A stretch of DNA of 64,000 nt, from assembly GCA_965204725.1 (NCBI GenBank), contig OZ242005.1, positions 4,640,001-4,704,000 on the forward strand, given 5' to 3'. Origin of the DNA: Candidatus Latescibacterota bacterium (GTDB lineage: Bacteria; Latescibacterota; UBA2968; UBA8231). Position 1 is the first letter of the stretch. Every line of letters starts with the position of its first letter. A program made the position numbers and the translations under genes. The notes under the pieces were generated by a model, which was not told the DNA's origin, searched no databases, and saw nothing but the letters and a program-made list of their open reading frames with translations. Shown here piece by piece: positions 59,838-64,000 of the stretch.

Positions 59838-62561
59838 ATGCGCGAAAAAGTTCTCTTCCTGCTCGATGGCATGGCCCTCGTCTATCGGGGGCACTTCGCG
59901 ATGATGCGCAATCCGCGCCTGACCTCAAAGGGCCTAAACACGTCGGCCGTTTTTGTCTTTGCCAACACCGTGCTCTCCATTATCGAAAAGGGCGAGCCGA
60001 CGCATATCGCCGCCGTCTTCGACACCCCGGAGCCTACGCACCGGCACCACAAGTACGAAGAGTACAAAGCCCAGCGCGAGGCGATGCCCGAGGAGCTGAG
60101 CCAAGCGCTGCCATACGTATTCCAACTCTGCGAGGCGTTTAACATACCAGTCCTGCGCGAGCCGGGGTGGGAGGCCGACGACGTGATCGGCACCTTGGTC
60201 AAAAAGGCCGAGGCCGAGGGATTTGCGACCTACATGGTCACGCCCGACAAAGACTACGGCCAGCTCGTTTCCGAGCGGAGCTTTATGTACAAGCCGGGGC
60301 GCGGCGACGAGGCCGAGGTTTTGGGGGTGCCGGAAATCCTCGCACAATGGCAGGTCGAGCGAATTGACCAAGTGATCGACATGCTGGGGCTGATGGGCGA
60401 CTCTTCGGACAATGTGCCCGGCGTCCCTGGGATCGGCCCCAAGACCGCACAAAAGCTCATTGCCCAGTACGGCAGCGTCGAAGAATTGCTGGCGCACTCC
60501 GACCAGCTCAAGGGCAAGCAGAAGCAGAACGTAGAAGATCACCGGGAACAGGCCCTGCTCTCCAAGGAGCTCGTCACCATTGAGTGCGATGTGCCCCTCG
60601 ACGTAGGACTGGCGGATTTGGCCAAGGCCGAGTGGGACCGCCCAAAGCTCGAAGCCCTCTGCACCGAGCTCGAATTCAATACGCTGGGGCGGCGGCTCCT
60701 CGGCGACGAGTTTCGCGTCGAAAAAGATCAGGCCCACGGCCCACTCAAAGGGGTGGCCGATGTGGAGCACGCCTATCAACTCGCCGATGCGCCCGACAAG
60801 CGCCGGGCGTTGGTCGCGGCGCTGTTAGAGCAGCCGGCGTTTTGCTTTGACGTTGAGACCAACGGTCTCGATGTCCGGCAATGCGATTTGATTGGCTTGG
60901 CCTTTTCGTGGGCACCGGGCACGGGGCACTACGTGCCGCTGTCTAGGGAGCGGGCTGAGGGGCTGGCCGTTTTGGAGGAATTTCGCCCGGTCTTTGCAAG
61001 TGCAGCGAGCGAAAAAATCGGCCACAATCTCAAGTACGATCTCGGCGTGCTCCGCTGGCACGGCATGCAGGTGGAAGGGCCTTTCTTCGACACGATGCTA
61101 GCGGCGACCTTGGCTGAGCCCGAGCTAAGGCGCAGCATGGACGAGCTGGCCAAGAGCCTGCTGGCCTACGCGCCCAAGTCCATATCCGATCTGATCGGCG
61201 AGCGCGGCGGCGAGCAGCTAACGCTCTTGCAGGTGCCAGTGGAACAAGTGGCTGAATACGCCTGCGAGGATGCGGACATCACCTTCCAACTCGCCGCGGC
61301 GCTGCGGCCAAAAATCGAGGCCGTGGGGCAACGCCAAGTGTTCTACGAAATCGAAGCCCCGCTCCTGCCGGTGCTGGTCGATATGGAATACGAGGGCATC
61401 CGCATGGAGAGCACGGCTTTGGCCGGACTCTCGCGGCAGTTTGAGGAGGCCATCGAGCGGGCCGGTGAGCGCGTCTTTGAGCTGGCTGGCGAGCGTTTCA
61501 ACCTCAATTCGGGCCACCAGCTCGGGCGCGTGCTCTTTGAGAAGTTGGCACTGGATCCCAATGCGCGGCGGACGCAAAAAACCGGGCAGTACCAGACGGG
61601 CGAACAGGTCTTGCGTCGGCTGGCTCACCGCCACGAGATCGCCCGGCAGGTGCTCAACTACCGATTGCACACCAAGCTCAAGTCAACCTATGTCGATCAG
61701 CTGCCCAGCGCGGTCTATAAGGCCACCGGGCGCGTCCACACCAACTACGAGCAGCTAATGACCGCCACCGGCCGGATGAAGTCCGACCGCCCGAACCTGC
61801 AAAACATCCCCATCCGCAGCGAGCAGGGGCGGGAAATCCGCCGCGCCTTTGTGCCGCGCAGCGGTGACTATCTGCTTTTCTCGGCCGATTATTCGCAGAT
61901 TGAGTTGCGAATCGCGGCCGCGCTTAGCTGCGACGAGGGGATGCTGGACACCTTCAACAGCGGCGGCGATATCCACGTGGCCACCGCCGCAAAGATTTAC
62001 CAAGTCGCAGAAGACCAAGTGACAGCCCAGATGCGCCGCCAAGCCAAGACGGTCAACTTCGGCATCATCTACGGGATCTCGCCCTTTGGCTTGGCCGAGC
62101 GGCTCGACATCACCCGCCGGGAGGCCACCGAGCGAATCGAGCAGTACTTTGCCCAGTACCCCGGGGTGCAGCGCTATGTCGCCGAGACCGTGGAGTTCGC
62201 CCGCGACAAGGGCTACGTCGAGACGGTGACCGGGCGGCGGCGCTATCTGCGCGACATCAACTCGCGCAACGCCACCGTCCGCAAAGGGGCCGAGCGCAAC
62301 GCCATCAATACCCGGATTCAGGGAACGGCCGCGGATATGATCAAGCTCGCCATGAGCCGCATCCACCGGCTACTGCGCGAGGAGGGGTTCCGCTCGGCCC
62401 TGCTGTTGCAAGTCCACGACGAGTTGGTCTTCGACCTACACCGAGACGAGGTAAAGACCCTGCCGCCGCTAGTCGCCCGCGAGATGCGCGAGGCCCTGCC
62501 GATGGAGGTGCCGATAGAAATCGAGATGGGCACAGGCGAAAATTGGCTGGAGGCGCACTAG
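59838..62561 (+). CDS. polA: DNA polymerase I
   Basis: 5'-3' exonuclease (EADDVIG, GDSSDNVPG), 3'-5' exonuclease (FDVET), PNLQNIP, DYSQIELR, K.VNFGIIYG, QVHDEL. Confidence 0.98.
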   Translation: MREKVLFLLDGMALVYRGHFAMMRNPRLTSKGLNTSAVFVFANTVLSIIEKGEPTHIAAVFDTPEPTHRHHKYEEYKAQREAMPEELSQALPYVFQLCEAFNIPVLREPGWEADDVIGTLVKKAEAEGFATYMVTPDKDYGQLVSERSFMYKPGRGDEAEVLGVPEILAQWQVERIDQVIDMLGLMGDSSDNVPGVPGIGPKTAQKLIAQYGSVEELLAHSDQLKGKQKQNVEDHREQALLSKELVTIECDVPLDVGLADLAKAEWDRPKLEALCTELEFNTLGRRLLGDEFRVEKDQAHGPLKGVADVEHAYQLADAPDKRRALVAALLEQPAFCFDVETNGLDVRQCDLIGLAFSWAPGTGHYVPLSRERAEGLAVLEEFRPVFASAASEKIGHNLKYDLGVLRWHGMQVEGPFFDTMLAATLAEPELRRSMDELAKSLLAYAPKSISDLIGERGGEQLTLLQVPVEQVAEYACEDADITFQLAAALRPKIEAVGQRQVFYEIEAPLLPVLVDMEYEGIRMESTALAGLSRQFEEAIERAGERVFELAGERFNLNSGHQLGRVLFEKLALDPNARRTQKTGQYQTGEQVLRRLAHRHEIARQVLNYRLHTKLKSTYVDQLPSAVYKATGRVHTNYEQLMTATGRMKSDRPNLQNIPIRSEQGREIRRAFVPRSGDYLLFSADYSQIELRIAAALSCDEGMLDTFNSGGDIHVATAAKIYQVAEDQVTAQMRRQAKTVNFGIIYGISPFGLAERLDITRREATERIEQYFAQYPGVQRYVAETVEFARDKGYVETVTGRRRYLRDINSRNATVRKGAERNAINTRIQGTAADMIKLAMSRIHRLLREEGFRSALLLQVHDELVFDLHRDEVKTLPPLVAREMREALPMEVPIEIEMGTGENWLEAH

Positions 62562-62649
62562 AAGTGCTCTGTGTATTCCGAATATCCGATCTCCGCCACA
62601 TCCGCAACTTGAACTCAATCCGGCACAACAGAGAAAGGCATGGGCCATA

Positions 62650-63699
62650 ATGGGCGAGCGCATTCGCGGCTTTGGCAGCGACAATCACGCCGGAGTCCAT
62701 CCCGAGGTCATGGCGGCCTTACATCGAGTCAACGTGGGGCACGTGCATTCTTATGGGGACGATCCCCACACGGCTGAAGCTGTCGCGCTGTTGCGCGAGG
62801 TGTTGGGGTCGGAGGTAGAGGTTTTCTTTGCGTTCAACGGCACCGGGGCCAATGTTACGGCCCTCGCCGCACTCACGCGCTTTTACGACGCAGTGATCTG
62901 CTCGGACACCGCGCATCTTCACATCGACGAATGCGGTGCCCCCGAACAGGTGGCCGGCGTCAAGCTCCTGCCCGCGCCCGCACCCGACGGCAAGATTGCG
63001 CCCGAGGGAATTGCCGCACACCTTGCGGCTCGCGGCGACGAGCATCAAGTGCGCCCCCGCGTGGTGTCAATTACCCAGTCCACCGAGCTGGGCACTGTTT
63101 ATACGCCCGAGGAAATACGCGCCCTCGCCGACTGCGCCCACGAGCACGGGTTGCTCCTGCATGTCGATGGGGCGCGGATTGCCAACGCAGCCGTGAGCTT
63201 GGGGTTGGAACTGCGGGAAATCACCGGGGATTGCGGGGTTGATGTGCTGTCGTTTGGCGGCACCAAGAACGGCCTGATGCTAGGGGAAGCCGTGGTCTTT
63301 TTTAAGCCGGAGCTAGCCGCGCACTATCGCCGGGCGCGCAAGCAGGGAATGCAGCTCGCGTCTAAGATGCGCTTTGTCGCCGCGCAATTTACGGCCCTGC
63401 TGACCGACGACTTGTGGCGACGGAGTGCCCAGTACGCCAACGATATGGCGCAAGCACTGGCCGAGCGAGTGCGGCCCATTCGCGGGGTAGAGGTGATTTA
63501 CCCGGTGCAGGCCAACGCCGTCTTCGCCCGCTTGCCGGTGGAAGTGATCCCCACTTTGCAACAGGAGTTTTTCTTTTACCCTTGGAATGCCACGCGGGGC
63601 GAGGTGCGCTGGATGACTTCCTTTGACACCCAACTCGAAGACGTGGAAACTTTTGCAGCCCTAATCGAAACCACCATGGCGGAAAGGAGCCTATCGTGA
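62650..63699 (+). CDS. ltaE: Low-specificity L-threonine aldolase
   Basis: FGSDN, YGDD, GTGAN, TELGTVY, HVDGARIANA, GGTKNG. Confidence 0.92.
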   Translation: MGERIRGFGSDNHAGVHPEVMAALHRVNVGHVHSYGDDPHTAEAVALLREVLGSEVEVFFAFNGTGANVTALAALTRFYDAVICSDTAHLHIDECGAPEQVAGVKLLPAPAPDGKIAPEGIAAHLAARGDEHQVRPRVVSITQSTELGTVYTPEEIRALADCAHEHGLLLHVDGARIANAAVSLGLELREITGDCGVDVLSFGGTKNGLMLGEAVVFFKPELAAHYRRARKQGMQLASKMRFVAAQFTALLTDDLWRRSAQYANDMAQALAERVRPIRGVEVIYPVQANAVFARLPVEVIPTLQQEFFFYPWNATRGEVRWMTSFDTQLEDVETFAALIETTMAERSLS

Positions 63700-64000
63700 T
63701 CATCGACACCCATACCCACTTCTACGATCCCACGCGGCCGGAAGGCGTGCCTTGGCCACCGGCCGACAACGAGTTGCTCTACCGCACGGTATTGCCCGCG
63801 CACCACCGCGCTCTGGCCGCGCCCGAAGGAGTGACCGGGACGGTGGTGGTGGAAGCGAGTGCGTGGCTGGCGGACAATCAGTGGATTTTGGATTTGGCCG
63901 CGGCCGACCCTTGGATAGTCGGGCTGGTGGGGCACGTCGATCCCAATCGAGCGGCGTTCAAAGGCGACATCGACCGCCTTGCGGAAAACGCGCTCTTTCG
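63696..64000 (+). CDS. Amidohydrolase family protein (5' part, runs off the window)
   Basis: GTG start overlapping the ltaE stop; IIDTHTHFYDP...WP, VVVEA, GLVG. Confidence 0.8.
   Translation, partial: MIIDTHTHFYDPTRPEGVPWPPADNELLYRTVLPAHHRALAAPEGVTGTVVVEASAWLADNQWILDLAAADPWIVGLVGHVDPNRAAFKGDIDRLAENALF

Overview
GC-rich bacterial chromosomal window. The FlgD/T9SS-type C-terminal domain, a C-terminal 'SSWGQVK' tail, Fn3/cadherin/Calx-beta modules, three PhyH dioxygenases and a sulfatase remnant suggest a Latescibacterota/Gemmatimonadota/Poribacteria-like, possibly sponge-associated organism (inference only). 1-9.6 kb is a secreted-protein locus. It holds an intact IS5-family element (18-bp TIRs, TA duplication, -1 frameshift), a beta-propeller protein, a duplicated sigma54-like promoter with upstream phased repeats, and a ~1944-aa M6-like metalloprotease/adhesin with ten 261-bp repeats broken by a 1-bp deletion. 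The rest is a mosaic of housekeeping genes (ssrA, ilvD, tamB/tamA, queC/queE, metG, polA, ltaE), catabolic genes (hydantoinase A/B, Ldh_2, ALDH, enolase superfamily, FAH, MDR, PhyH) and AT-richer accessory cassettes (three TA-like pairs, PD-(D/E)XK-like genes). Best leads for undescribed biology: (1) a stand-alone ~300-nt structured transcript after metG carrying a 16-nt complement to the 16S rRNA 3' end plus a micro-ORF; (2) a two-gene cassette pairing a large protein with a VapB-like tail and a PIN nuclease; (3) a PhyH-fold enzyme with a halogenase-type HxG motif; (4) the sigma54 protease-adhesin locus; (5) a PD-(D/E)XK gene next to a nuclease-less paralog of its own C-terminal domain. All family calls come from motif recognition by eye; no searches were run.
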